This document shows positions 1 through 17,416 of a DNA stretch of 64,000 nt, one piece after another. The translations under genes were made by a program, and so were the position numbers. Source of the DNA: Guillardia theta CCMP2712 (taxonomy: Eukaryota; Protista; Cryptophyta); assembly GCF_000315625.1 (NCBI RefSeq), contig NW_005434582.1, forward strand, positions 235,824-299,823. The letters run 5' to 3'. Below the pieces are notes generated by a model. The model was not told where the DNA came from. It saw only the letters and a list, made by a program, of their open reading frames with translations, and did no database searches. Every line of letters starts with the position of its first letter. The first letter of the stretch is position 1.

Positions 1-3002
<3,002 letters not shown>

Positions 3003-3599
3003 CTTCAAGAGATGAACAGAACAAACTCAAGGAAGCGGTAAGCGCAATGAGGTAAGGGGTAGTTCGTGTTCCGACTGCAAGTCGATCGTCACAAGATCAT
3101 TAGCACGCAAGAGTCAGCGCCAAGCTGTCTGCTCGTTTCTGGTCTACATCAACCTCGTCCTGGAAGCTCTACAAGCCTTTACATGTCCCTAAGATTTTCT
3201 GCCGGATACAAATACACTTTTTATGAAGAGTACCCGCTATTGAGCTCCGTTGATTTGAGTCACTGCTTGAATCCCCCGATCCCAGTCTCTCTTCTGAGCT
3301 CATTGGAATCTCTTACTTCTCTCCTCCATTCGCCCACTCACCCGCTCTGCTTCCACCCATCCTATCTCCCCACTCCAATCCCCTCGTCCCTCCTCGTCCC
3401 TCCCTTACACTCCTCCCTTCTCCCTCTTCCTCTCTCATCCTCCCTTGCCCTTCTCCTCTCTGGGGTACCATCTACCTCGCTTTCCTCACCGATCCTTCTC
3501 TTCTCCATCCTCTTCTCTCCTCTCCCCTCCGCTCTCCCGCCCATCTCCCTGCATGCTTCCTCTCATACTGGCACCTCATCCCCTCGCAGACCTCTCCCT

Positions 3600-4060
3600 G
3601 TGATGAGCCAGTCTGCCTCAGAGGCTGCCGCTCTGAGCCGCCGGGCCGCGCAGCCGCCGGGCGTTCGGAAGTTCCGAGTTCAACCGGGCCGGCGGCTGAG
3701 CGGCGTTCAATTCAGTGGACAGGCTTGGGAAATGATTGCAGTGCGGCCGGCGGCCCCAGCCCGCCGCACCGTGACTGGCATCCGACTTGAGTCCGGCGTC
3801 ACGTACCGAGCCACGGCCCTCCGTCGCTCACACTGCCCGCTCGGAGCGCCGGGCGGCGCCGCCGGCGGTGACCGGCGGGCCGCCGCGTCCGACGGTCCGC
3901 CGAGTCACTGGCAAACCTTGACACACCGTGAGTTGGTGACCGCGCCGCCGTTACTAGTTACGGGCGGCTACCGTAGTACTACGGCGTGACCGACTGACTC
4001 GGCGGTGACTCATCATGGCATGATGGGGCCGAAAAGGTCACATTCAAGTCGACGTCACCG
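3600..4060. other. GC-rich intergenic tract dense in palindromic words
   Basis: Dense in CCGG, GGCC, GACTC/GAGTC, GTGAC/GTCAC and CTGAG; perfect 14-bp palindrome CCGTAGTACTACGG at 3971-3984; no credible coding frame. Confidence 0.7.
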
Positions 4061-4485
4061 TTGCACTCAGGCTGGATTATAGCAGGCCATCATCTGGGAC
4101 TTTAGGAGTCGGACGGACTCATCACTGTGTCTAACTAGTACCGCACATCGCGATCGGGTGTTAGGATCTAATGCCGAACTAATGCCGTACTGATTGTCAC
4201 GTTGCACTTTCAAATGGTCAAAACTTTTTGTTGACATCATCATGTCCATTACTACCTTAAGTTGCAATCGTTCCGAGTTTATTATCGATAGTCAAATCGG
4301 TATTATGACCCATGTCACACAGGAAAATCGCTGCTGTCGATTTTTTCAGTTCCAAACTTAAATATACGCAATCCGGTTGGGTCAAAATCTCACTTCTCTA
4401 ATACTTACTGTATTGTACGCTTATCCTCTTGCTGTAAAGCCCGTCGAAGGAAAATTACAGCCAACAAATTTCCTCCCTTTCACAC

Positions 4486-6810
4486 TCAAGTGTTCTGTGG
4501 TCTGTTCGAAGCGTCCCAAGCACGTAGCTTCTCAAGCGACTCAAGCGACGTCGAAGCTTGCTGTGCTCGCAGCACAGCACTTCTCCTTAGCCCTTGAAGA
4601 CTGACAAGACCGCCGCTGATGTTTGTTTCTTCCCTCCCTTTGACAAGCTGATTGCCATATTCCGTTGTCATGTCTTTGGCTTCACCAACACCTGCTACTT
4701 CCGGTGGCAATGCTCCACTATCCGCATTTGCAATCGCTGGAGCGGAAGCCTTGTCTGCCAAACTCGCACTGGTCATCAACTCTGCGGCGCGTGCAAGACG
4801 GTCTCTGCCTTCTGAAAGCATCGGGACATCCTCATTAGGCCTTGGACGCGCACTGCTGTTGACGCTTGCACCGGTTACAAATGCCTTTGCCTTCAAAGGA
4901 GCACTAGTAGTGCTGTTTTCGACATCAACACTTGCCATGACCTGCGCTGCCCTTGCCAGCCTTTCATTGTCTGCAGTACTAGCAAAAGCTATCAATTCAG
5001 CAGACCTTGCAAGATGTTCGTTGATGTTGCTGCTGGAGGGCACCCATTCTTCCACTGGCCTTGCGAGGATCTCATGTCCCATGTTCGCCATGTTCTGCAG
5101 ATCAGCTGCTGCCGCTTGAAACCCTCCCTCAACATTCATACTTTGTTGCGAGCCCCCCGCCGTTGTACCCGGATTTTTCTTTGCCTGCTGCGGACGCGGA
5201 GGACACTCTTTACACCGAGATTTCTGCCGTAAGTGAACACAAAGGCTAGACCCTCTGCAATCTCTGCACCCTCCTCGCTGCCTCTTGTGGATGCATATAC
5301 CAACTCCACCACATTCTTTGCAACGAGACTTCTGTCTTCCATGCACACACAATCCTCCGCCCCCGCACTCCCTGCAAGCTGATTTTTGTTTGCCATGCAT
5401 ACACACTCCACCACCTCCACATTCCCTACATCGTGATCGTTGCTTGTCGTGAGGGCATATACTTCCGCCACCACAGACTCTGCATTGAGTTCGTCGTTTG
5501 CCGTGCTCGCAGATGCTCCCTCCTCCACATTCAACGCATCTAGACTTCTGTTTATGATGCTGGCAAATGCCTCCGCCCCCACAGGGTTTGCAGCCAGAGC
5601 GCTGTATCCCATGCACACAAATGCTGCCCCCACCGCAATCCTTGCATCGTGATCTTCGCCTTCCATGAACGCAGATGCTTCCTCCTCCACACTCCTTGCA
5701 TTGTGATCTTCTCCTATCATGATGACATCTGCTATTTACGCCGCAGATCTTGCATTGTGACCTGTTTCTGTCATGCTCACAGATGCTGCCTCCTCCACAC
5801 TCTTTGCATCTAGATCTTTGCTTCCTGTGTATGCATATACTGCCTCCACCACAGTCTCTGCATCCAGATTTCTGTCTACCGTGAATACATAAATCACTTC
5901 CCCCACAATCTTTGCATCTGGGTCGTGGCTTGCCATGGGGACACAATTTCTTTTTCTTGCACTCCTTGCATTCAGATTTCTTGGAGCCATGCTCGCATGT
6001 GCCCCCCCCGCACTCCTTACATCGAGATTTTGGTTTGCCGTGTTCACACTTGGGATGTTTGCTTTGCTTCTCCTCACCCGCACTAGAGCCCTCAAGTTTG
6101 CGCTTGCCTCCCACTGCTGTCTCATCCGCATTCGTATCGGCTGTTGGCTTATCAGTGCTATCAGTTTCGGCCTTGCCTGAGCCGTCTGGAGCATCTGGCT
6201 TGTCTGCTACTGCCACTGCAGCTTTGCTTTTATCTTTTGGAGGCCTGCCCCTACCCCTGCCTGCTGGCTTGCTCGGGTCTTTGGGAGGCCTGCCCCTACC
6301 CCTCCCTTTGGCAGGAGGAGCATCTTTGCCGTCTGCCCCTTCTTCCAGGCTTTGTGTCACCGGTTGAGCAGCAGAACTTCCTTCCACTGGTGGATCTTTT
6401 TTCTCCGCCACCAGCTCATCTCCCTTGCCCTCTGAAGTTGACTTGTCTGCATTATCCGATGCTGCCGTCTTGTCTGTCTTATCTGATGCAACTGGCTGTT
6501 CAGCCCTGTCCTCTGTCATAGCGTTATTCCCCTTATCCTCTGCCATTGGCTGACTTCCTGCTTGCCATGTCTCAGCTGGCATGGTGGGGGGTTCTTTTGC
6601 TAGCTGGGTGGGCGTCTGCCCTGCCTGCACTTCAGTATCTACGTGCATAGCTGTCTGCTGTTCCATCTCCTTCACACGCTCTTGAGGCTGCGATGTCTTC
6701 TGCTCCGCCATGTTCACATCGTCATCTTGTCTCACGTCATTGCTATCACTGCCGCTCTCTGTATCGTCCGCTGCCATTGCCGCTTCGACCGCGAGGCTCG
6801 TGCCCCTCAT
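4486..6810 (-). CDS. AT-hook and tandem C-x-H-x6-C-x2-C (putative zinc-binding) repeat protein
   Basis: Uninterrupted ORF with first ATG at 6810. Two GRGRGRPPK AT-hooks (about 6235-6310), NLS-like GKRK, and 16 repeats of about 18 aa (CxHxxxxxxCxxCGGGSI; 5203-6048). Confidence 0.85.
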   Translation of the reverse strand: MRGTSLAVEAAMAADDTESGSDSNDVRQDDDVNMAEQKTSQPQERVKEMEQQTAMHVDTEVQAGQTPTQLAKEPPTMPAETWQAGSQPMAEDKGNNAMTEDRAEQPVASDKTDKTAASDNADKSTSEGKGDELVAEKKDPPVEGSSAAQPVTQSLEEGADGKDAPPAKGRGRGRPPKDPSKPAGRGRGRPPKDKSKAAVAVADKPDAPDGSGKAETDSTDKPTADTNADETAVGGKRKLEGSSAGEEKQSKHPKCEHGKPKSRCKECGGGTCEHGSKKSECKECKKKKLCPHGKPRPRCKDCGGSDLCIHGRQKSGCRDCGGGSICIHRKQRSRCKECGGGSICEHDRNRSQCKICGVNSRCHHDRRRSQCKECGGGSICVHGRRRSRCKDCGGGSICVHGIQRSGCKPCGGGGICQHHKQKSRCVECGGGSICEHGKRRTQCRVCGGGSICPHDKQRSRCRECGGGGVCMHGKQKSACRECGGGGLCVHGRQKSRCKECGGVGICIHKRQRGGCRDCRGSSLCVHLRQKSRCKECPPRPQQAKKNPGTTAGGSQQSMNVEGGFQAAAADLQNMANMGHEILARPVEEWVPSSSNINEHLARSAELIAFASTADNERLARAAQVMASVDVENSTTSAPLKAKAFVTGASVNSSARPRPNEDVPMLSEGRDRLARAAELMTSASLADKASAPAIANADSGALPPEVAGVGEAKDMTTEYGNQLVKGREETNISGGLVSLQGLRRSAVLRAQQASTSLESLEKLRAWDASNRPQNT

Positions 6811-6819
6811 CCTTCCTGC

Positions 6820-7205
6820 ACCCACCCCTACCCCCACCCCCACCTCTCACACCCTACCCCCTGATGTAATTGCACCCTCATACCACTACCCTCCTTATGA
6901 CCTCCAGCACCCTATTTTCACCCCTGCGGAGCTAGTCGTACCCTTCATTAAACATCATTTCACCCGGTACCATGATGGCCCTGATGCGAATCCTGTAGGA
7001 AACATTTGCCTACCCCTGGTGTTGATTTTACTACCCCTCCTTGTATAACCCCTACCCGGAATTCCTAACGCTCAAACGTTCCACAAGAGCTTCCACAGAA
7101 CGTTTGACCCTACCCTTGGTTCGACCCTATTCTCAGAGGAGGACTACCGGTATTAAAGTACCCCCACCCTCTCCAGAACCCACCCCTCACCCCCCACCCC
7201 CTTTT
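6820..7205. promoter_or_regulatory. Strand-biased ACCC/TACCC-rich tract between divergent genes
   Basis: Many ACCC/TACCC words on + and almost no GGGT; lies between the ATGs at 6810 (-) and 7586 (+). Regulatory role inferred from position only. Confidence 0.4.
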
Positions 7206-7585
7206 ACTATATCTCCGTGAATGCAGGGGCGATTTGAACTGCTGTACCAATTTATGTTTATGGACTAAAAAATATGTAAACTTGAATTTATTTTTGAAAA
7301 CTTTTTTTTTGATGCCGCAAGTTGACTGCAATAGGAAACTACTTGATGAGAAGTTCTGCCCTACTATCTTACTTAGGTAAGTCCTGATGCGGGTGTCTTC
7401 GACATACATCTCGATTGAGAATAAAAAAAAAGGGACTCGTCGCTGGCGCTGCGGCCATTATTAATTAAACTTGGCAGGAGAAAGAGGCCGCCTGTCTCTG
7501 ATAAAGTGGGTCCCATGATGTCGCCGATAGCCGTCAACTGAGAGAGGGGAACAGCTTGCAAAACTGATCAGAGTCGGACTCGGAG

Positions 7586-9295
7586 ATGAGATCTATCAGG
7601 TCGATGATATGGAGGGGGAGGAAGGGATCATTCCTGCTTCGTGTGCTCCTTGCTCTCGTGCTCTTTTCTGCACTCCTCCAAGCCTTCTTCATCTCGAACC
7701 TTGGTCAAGCCGGTGGATCTGAGGCTTCTCGCCGTCGTGCCAGCGAAGGTTGCAGTCTGAACGGGTATGTACACAGGTGTACCCGTCTGTCTGACATCCT
7801 CGAGGGGTTCGACCGAGTCAAGTCGTACTTCTCCGAGTGGGTCGCAGGCTCGAGCCCGAGGTTGGACTGTTTGACTGACAGAGAATCACGGGGAGTTTGC
7901 AAGAAGGGAGAGTTTCTATGCCTGGACCCCGGCGCGCGTTTGCTGGATCAGAAGGTCTTGGACGAGAACAATGTGACGAGGAACTATTGCTTCCTCGAAC
8001 GAATGTGGTCTTTATGTCAGCCGTCCAATTACGCGTCGAGCCGGCCTGACGATTGTTTGGACAGCGTCACATCGTATGGAGTTTGTGGAAAGGGAGAAAA
8101 CCTCTGCGGGTGGGGGCAGCTCAACAAATTTTCTCCCTCGCTTCGAGCGAGGTTGCAGGTGCCCAAGGTGAAATCCAGGTGTATTGCTCAGGCTCTCCCT
8201 ACAGGAGATGTCCATGTGGTCATTGCCATGAGAGATGCCTCGCCGACCATGAAGGTCGTCGAGGACATCGCCCTCATGGGGCTCACGAACAGCATCGTCT
8301 TCCTCTACAGGAGAGCGGACAGCGGACTCAACGTCGCCGGGACGGTATCATCCGCTCCGATCGCAGGCTTTCCTTGCGGGCTGACAGTCGTCGAGAAGTT
8401 GTTAGTTCCTAACAGAGGCAACGAAGCTGCTGCCTATCTCGCACACATTGCGGAGTATTACGACAATCTCCCTTCCTTCCTCGTCTTCATGCACGACCAC
8501 GGCATTCGTAGTTGGCACAGTGAGCTCAGGCCGATGTTCAAGAGGACTCGGGCTTTCTATCTCCTGATGGCCTCGAAACTCCAAGGAGCGGATGGGAAAC
8601 CTGTCTATCCTGAGCTGTCACAGTTCCCTTCCTACCCGTACGTGCGGCGATTCACAGAGAACGTCGTCACTTTGAACAGTTGCTACTGCAGCAGGTTGAA
8701 GGAGCCTCTCTGCTGGGATAAGTACACTATGAACGCCTATGAAAGGGACACCAATCGAACGGTTCATGATCCTAAAAGCGAAGAGCTGCATCACAGGTGC
8801 AAACGGGTGGTACAGTCCTTGAGGATCCAGAAGTCAAACCTCTCCCACTCAAACCTCTCCCAGTCTGAGGGCCCGGGCCCGGGACTCGAAGGTCGGCGAC
8901 TCTTGTGGCAAGAGCCCCCCGAGGCCATTCAGCAATCCGACAAGATTTTCCGGAGGATTCTTGACAGGCGGGGGCAACCAAAGAGGATGCCAGACGGCGC
9001 TCAGGATGTGCCGTTCTGGTCCTGTTGCGCCATGTTCATCACGCAGGCAAGGCAAGTGCGAAGGCAGCCGAGGCAGTACTACCTGGAAAGCCTTGACGCG
9101 CTCTTGTCGACCAACCAACTTTCACACTTCACGGGGAGGTGGTTCGAGTTCAACTGGTATGAACTCCTTTTTGACCCTGCAGGCGGCTCAGACCCGTTGC
9201 GACCGAGACTGTACCTGGAGATCGACGACGTCTATGCGGAAATCTATGATGAAAAGAACCCGCTGGAGGATTTACAGCAGTTTCTTGACGCCTGA
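7586..9295 (+). CDS. Type II membrane protein with DUF3431-like (putative glycan-modifying) domain
   Basis: Single-exon 569 aa. Basic N-terminus plus TM anchor (FLLRVLLALVLFSALLQAFF); NRGNEAAAYLAHIAEYYDNLPSFLVFMHDH..SWH, SCCAMF and GRWFEFNW match DUF3431 motifs as I recall them. Confidence 0.8.
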   Translation: MRSIRSMIWRGRKGSFLLRVLLALVLFSALLQAFFISNLGQAGGSEASRRRASEGCSLNGYVHRCTRLSDILEGFDRVKSYFSEWVAGSSPRLDCLTDRESRGVCKKGEFLCLDPGARLLDQKVLDENNVTRNYCFLERMWSLCQPSNYASSRPDDCLDSVTSYGVCGKGENLCGWGQLNKFSPSLRARLQVPKVKSRCIAQALPTGDVHVVIAMRDASPTMKVVEDIALMGLTNSIVFLYRRADSGLNVAGTVSSAPIAGFPCGLTVVEKLLVPNRGNEAAAYLAHIAEYYDNLPSFLVFMHDHGIRSWHSELRPMFKRTRAFYLLMASKLQGADGKPVYPELSQFPSYPYVRRFTENVVTLNSCYCSRLKEPLCWDKYTMNAYERDTNRTVHDPKSEELHHRCKRVVQSLRIQKSNLSHSNLSQSEGPGPGLEGRRLLWQEPPEAIQQSDKIFRRILDRRGQPKRMPDGAQDVPFWSCCAMFITQARQVRRQPRQYYLESLDALLSTNQLSHFTGRWFEFNWYELLFDPAGGSDPLRPRLYLEIDDVYAEIYDEKNPLEDLQQFLDA

Positions 9296-9439
9296 TGCTT
9301 TCGTGGTCGCACCCTCCTGGCAAGACGTTGAAGTGAGTGGCTCCCTGTCAAAATCATCCCTGCCAGGCTCGACGCAAATGCCATTATTGCCTCTTTGCCG
9401 GCGGTCATGGCGGCTTGTAAGTTCACAGCCTGTCAACTT

Positions 9440-10600
9440 CACGTGGACCGTGCCCGGCGCAGTGCGCGGCGAACTGGTGGACATGGGAGCTCGGCGGGGG
9501 CGGACCCATCATGTCCGAGGCAAGGTGGGCCGATCAGCCGGGCTGTGAATGACGATCAGCCGTTGAGCCCTAGCCTGTACAAAGTGCACAGTTCAAGAAT
9601 ACAAGCAAATCCTCCCGTACTTGCGTACCCCCCCGACGAGCGGAAGCAAACAGCCACTTCAATGCGGTGGCACCCACCGGTTGAACCGTGGGAATCCATG
9701 TCAGAGGCACAAGAACAGACTCTCCTGCTTGTCCTCGTTCTGACTTGACTTCACTTTTGGAGAAACTTGCGGAAGTAAGTTTAAGATGATCCCGGGAGAC
9801 AGGCCCGGCCGGTTGAACCGTGACCGACGGTACCCCCCGGTGACCCGTCGGTGAAGAGTCCAAGGCTGGAACATGCCTGGGCCTGGTCACCTACCAGGCT
9901 AAAGCAACCTAGACCACCCTCCAGCATTTGATTTGCCACGGCCCAAGTTTCGACCGGCGGCACCCTTCGGCCCGGAATCATTGAATGAGTGCCGTCGGTC
10001 GAAACTATCAGAACTTCGCCGGAGGCCGCCCGGCCCACTCACCGTCGTGCTGACTCTGCCGGTGTGTTTCGACTCCTCGGGCCGAGTGACCACTGTGCGG
10101 CCTTTGCCACGGTGCACTCACGCCACCGCCGCCGGGGGCGTACGGTCACGCACAGGCTGCCGCGGCCGCCGCAGTGCGGAGTCCGACCGGGCCGGGGCCC
10201 GGCGGCCGTCCGTCCCGGCAACACTGCCCCGTGACGGCGGTGAGCAGTGGCACATGCAGTCACGAACGCATCCCCACGGGCCCACTCCCGGCCCGCCGGG
10301 CTTGAGAAACCGTGAACCGTACTACCGTACGGCCCGGTACTTCAAGACTAGTTCAGTTAGTACCACGGTAAACTTCGTACGGTGCCCCGACTCCGAGTGT
10401 CTGCACCTTCGGGCTGCCAGCAGTGACAGCCTCGCCGTCCGACCGTGCGGCAGCCGCATCCCGGGGCCCCGTCACGGTAACTCAGTAAGTTACTCGGCGG
10501 ATCGGACGGTCGCCGCTGGGGGCTCAGTGGGGGTCCGGCCCGCCGGGATGCGATGACTCGGGCTCTGAGGCAGACTATCAACTGCAGGCGTTTCCAGTAG
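9440..10600. other. GC-rich palindromic-word tract mixed with AT-richer segments
   Basis: Same vocabulary as 3600-4060; CCGGTTGAACCGTG occurs at 9677 and 9809; CCGTAC/GTACGG cluster at 10317-10385. Confidence 0.65.
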
Positions 10601-10667
10601 TCAACCGCCAGCAGCAGCTCAGGGCCTATGGGGGGGGAGAGAGAGAGAGAAAGAGAGAGGACAGGAA

Positions 10668-10847
<180 letters not shown>

Positions 10848-11420
10848 GGTGAACGAGAGGAGACGAGAGTGATAATGATCAGTGATGGAGACGAGAGGAT
10901 GATGAAGAAGAAGGGGAGGACGGAGGAGGAGAAGGAAGAGGAACTTGAAGAGGAGGAAGAAAAAGAAGAGAGAAGCCGAGAGAGTCACGAACAGATCATG
11001 AGGAGGAGAGAGAGCAGGAGCAGGAGGGGAAAGAGAAACAAGAAGTCAGGAAGTGAAGTGAAGTGAAATAGGCAGCAGAGAGAGTAGAGAAGAGAACGGG
11101 GAGTGAAGATAGGGAAAGCGAGAGAAATGGGAGAGGGGAGAGGGGAGAGGGGAGAGGGGAGAGGTGTGTCAATACATTCCGGTCACCAAGGAGCACATAA
11201 CAGCTCGGTTGTCTTCCCTAGAGTGACTTTTACCAGCAGAGTAGTCGATGGTCTGAAGAGGATCAGGTGAATCTGTGACGAAAAGCAGCACGAGGAGATC
11301 GAGGGAGGAGCGAGTAAGAGCAGGAGGGGAGCGGGTCAAGGAGTCAAGCTTCATCGTCAAGGTCTCTCCTCGACATCGTCGTCAGCCTCCCAGCCTTGTG
11401 CTCGTCTCCTCCGCGTCGGG

Positions 11421-12423
11421 ATGGAGAATGCGGGAGATGAAGTCAGGGGGTCAGGGGTCAGGGGCATGAGGCCGCCAAAGTCACTTCCGGTCAGCTCGAG
11501 ATCCTCGAGCCGAGCAGGCAGCCGGGCAGAGGGTGAAGAGGGGAGGAGGGTTTTAGGAGGAGAGGAAGGAAGAGACAGGCGGACGAGGACGGTAGCGGAG
11601 GCGACGAGAGTGCTGCCCTCACGATCGATGAGCCGCACGACACTCAGCGAGGGCAGGGGAGGCTCTGTGTCAAGGGGGGGGAGCAGAGGGAGCGAGAGAG
11701 GAGGGGAGAGCGCGAGGGGAGGGGAGGCAGCGATGAAGCAGGAAGGGAAGCATCAGCCTTCACTGGGAACTGAGACGAGGCGCAAAAAACGAACTCAGCT
11801 CGAGCTGGAGGAGCTGAAGCAGAAGCTGCATGACGACGAGGGGAGACCGTTCAGCCGGCTGCAGAAGCACCTGCTGGACAAGCAGGAGGAGGACGAGAAG
11901 CTGTCGCTGCAGCAGGCTCTTCTTGACGCCACTGGGATGTCGCTGTCGGAAGGGGCGATGGAGGAGCTGGGGAGGCTGAGCGGAACTTATCGAGACTATT
12001 CGAAGATCCTCAACAGCCTGTGGGATGAAAGAATGTTACATAGACAGACTGAGGTGGAGGAGAAGCGCAAGGGCCCCTCCCACGCTCCCCGCTACCTCTT
12101 CTTCTACAACCGACCTGCGGGCTTCTACAACGACAACATCGAGCCCTCCCCTCACTTCTACGGGGTGAAGAAGAGCAGCTCGAGTGTGCGGTACAACCTC
12201 TTCACCAACGAGAGGACGGACATGCTGGCCAAGACCCTCCCTCGCTCCTTCGTCGACCGCCTCGATGCCGAGATGAAGATTGTTCCTGCCAATCACCCCG
12301 TGACCAAACGACCTCTCGACCCCTGGCTGTGCCATCTCTCCATAGGGCAGGTATGACCCCTCCTCCCTCCCATCTAGAGCTGACTATGCCTCTCCTCCTT
12401 CCTCTCCTTCTTCTCTCACTCCC

Positions 12424-12464
<41 letters not shown>

Positions 12465-12644
12465 CTTCTCCTTCTCGCTCGGCAGGGCAAGAAGTGCATG
12501 AATGTCGTCGAGCCGCTCGGGTCGCACCATGGAGTTCACAGGCGCCGCGAGGGCGAGGGAGCTCTCCCCACCATCTCCGTCTGCTTCTCGCGGTTTCACA
12601 AGGGATACTGGCCGGGAGCAGAGAAGTTGAACATGATCGTGTAG
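11421..12644 (+). CDS. Hypothetical protein (2 exons, intron about 12351-12485)
   Basis: 311-aa ORF with typical GC3 bias ending at CAG|GTATGA. It resumes after GGCAG| as GKKCMNVVEPLGSHHGVH...FHKGYWPGAEKLNMIV, stop 12642-12644. The start could instead be 11467. Confidence 0.65.
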
Positions 12645-12780
12645 GAGAGGAGAGGAGAGGAGAGGAGAGGAGAGGAGAGGAGAGGAGAGGAGAGGAGAGG
12701 AGAGGAGAGGAGAGGAGAGCAGAGCAGAGCAGAGCAGAGCAGAGCAGAGGAGGGGAGGGGAGGGGAGGGGAGAGGGGAGG
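12645..12780. repeat. (GAGAG)n/(GCAGA)n/(GGGGA)n compound microsatellite
   Basis: Visible; lies between two convergent 3' ends. Confidence 0.95.
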
Positions 12781-12877
12781 AACGAGGGAATTGGATAGAA
12801 TAGGACAAGTGTGAAGAGTGATAACAAAACAAGGTTATGAGCCGCTATCTCACAGACGAGACGAGATGTCTTTGTTC

Positions 12878-15831
<2,954 letters not shown>

Positions 15832-16224
15832 CGTAGAGGTTGAGAATTTTCTCCCCTTTTTCAGGTCACTCTACTTGTAGCTCATGGTCCAAAGCGTTCT
15901 CCTGCCTGTCATAACCTGTAAGTTCAAACCAAGAGGCAACAACGTACAATCGTTCGATTTCATACTAATTGATCCCGATAAAGCACTTCCTCCAACGCTC
16001 TTGCTTCCTTTCTTCTCTCTTTGACCTCGTGTGCGTGTTTGTGGATGATTCCTCCAAGATAGTCTCTAGATGCCTTATCCCTCTCTGCGCTGCTGATCTC
16101 ATAATATTTGCTCTTCCCATTCACCGCTAATTCTCCTGACCCTTATTGCATCAGGGGCGCTAGTGTTGTCATTCTTCTTCTTTCTCCTCTTCTTTCATCC
16201 TTCCCTCTTCTCTTCTCATCTGTT

Positions 16225-16600
16225 CTCGTCTCGTCTCGTCTCGTCTCGTCTCGTCTCGTCTCGTCTCTTCTCGTCCCGTCCCGTCCCGTCCCGTCCCGTC
16301 CCGTCCCGTCCCGTCCCGTCCCGTCCCCTCTCCTCTCCTCTCCTCTCCTCTCCTCTCCTCTCCTCTCCTCTCCTCTCCTCTCCTCTCATCTCATCTCATC
16401 TCATCTCATCTCTTCTCATCTCATCTCATCTCATCTCATCTCTTCCTTCTCATCTCATCTCTTCTCATCTCATCTCATCTCATCTCATCTCATCTCATCT
16501 CATCTCATCTCTTCTCATCTCATCTCATCTCATCTCTTCTCATCTCATCTCATCTCATCTCATCTCATCTCATCTCATCTCATCTCATCTCATCTCTTCT
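16225..16600. repeat. Compound pentanucleotide satellite (CTCGT)n-(CCCGT)n-(CTCCT)n-(CTCAT)n
   Basis: Visible; the unit drifts by single substitutions. Confidence 0.95.
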
Positions 16601-16689
16601 CGCTTCTGCATGTTTCTGGTCGGCCTCCCCCATTTTGTTGGTCGGGGTAAGGGCATCTGAGGCAGACTCTTAAAGGAACGATGTGAATG

Positions 16690-17035
16690 TCCCCGCCCGG
16701 CGGGCCGGGGCAGACCGTCACTTGTCCGTCACTCACTGAGAGCCTGAGCCCTCCCCGTCCGCGACGGTTGTGCGGCCGCCGCCGCGGTTGGGCCCGGCAG
16801 TACTGATGGTATGTCATTCTATCCGGTGCCTACCATAGTGGTGAGGCTGGGCCCTGCCCAACTTGCTGAGTGTCTGGAGGCCGGGCCCTCGTGCCACTGA
16901 GGGCAACGGGGCCGACCTTGACCAGGTGGAACTTCCAAGGGCCCAGCCGGGACCGAACGGCGGGCCCTCCTCAATAACCCGGCTCGGTGCTCAGCCTGAG
17001 CGACTCACTGAGGCTAGCGGCTGAGCGGAACCTGC
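16690..17035. other. GC-rich palindromic-word tract between divergent ABC-F and CFAP47
   Basis: CCCGG, GGGCCC, CACTGAG, GACTC and CAGTACTG words. Confidence 0.6.
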
Positions 17036-17125
17036 AGAGCAACCTGCTCATTAACCGTATTGAGCGGGGATGAGGGGCTGTAGGGCCGTTGAATCATGAG
17101 AGAGCGTTGAGTAGGAATGGGGAGA

Positions 17126-17156
<31 letters not shown>

Positions 17157-17193
17157 GAGGAGGAGGAGAGAGGAGGAGGAGGAGGAGGAGGAG

Positions 17194-17230
<37 letters not shown>

Positions 17231-17416
17231 AGAGGGAGAGAGAGAGAGGGAGGGAGAGAGAGAGAGAGCAAGAGGGAGAGCGAGAGCGAACGATTGGCTG
17301 TAGAGAGATGGAGGAATGGTAGGGCAAACGTTTGCTCCTTGTGTTTGATCTAACAGTCTTGGCGCTTCATCAATATTTCTTGTGAGCTGACGTTTCACCT
17401 CAGCGCAGCTGTCGAC

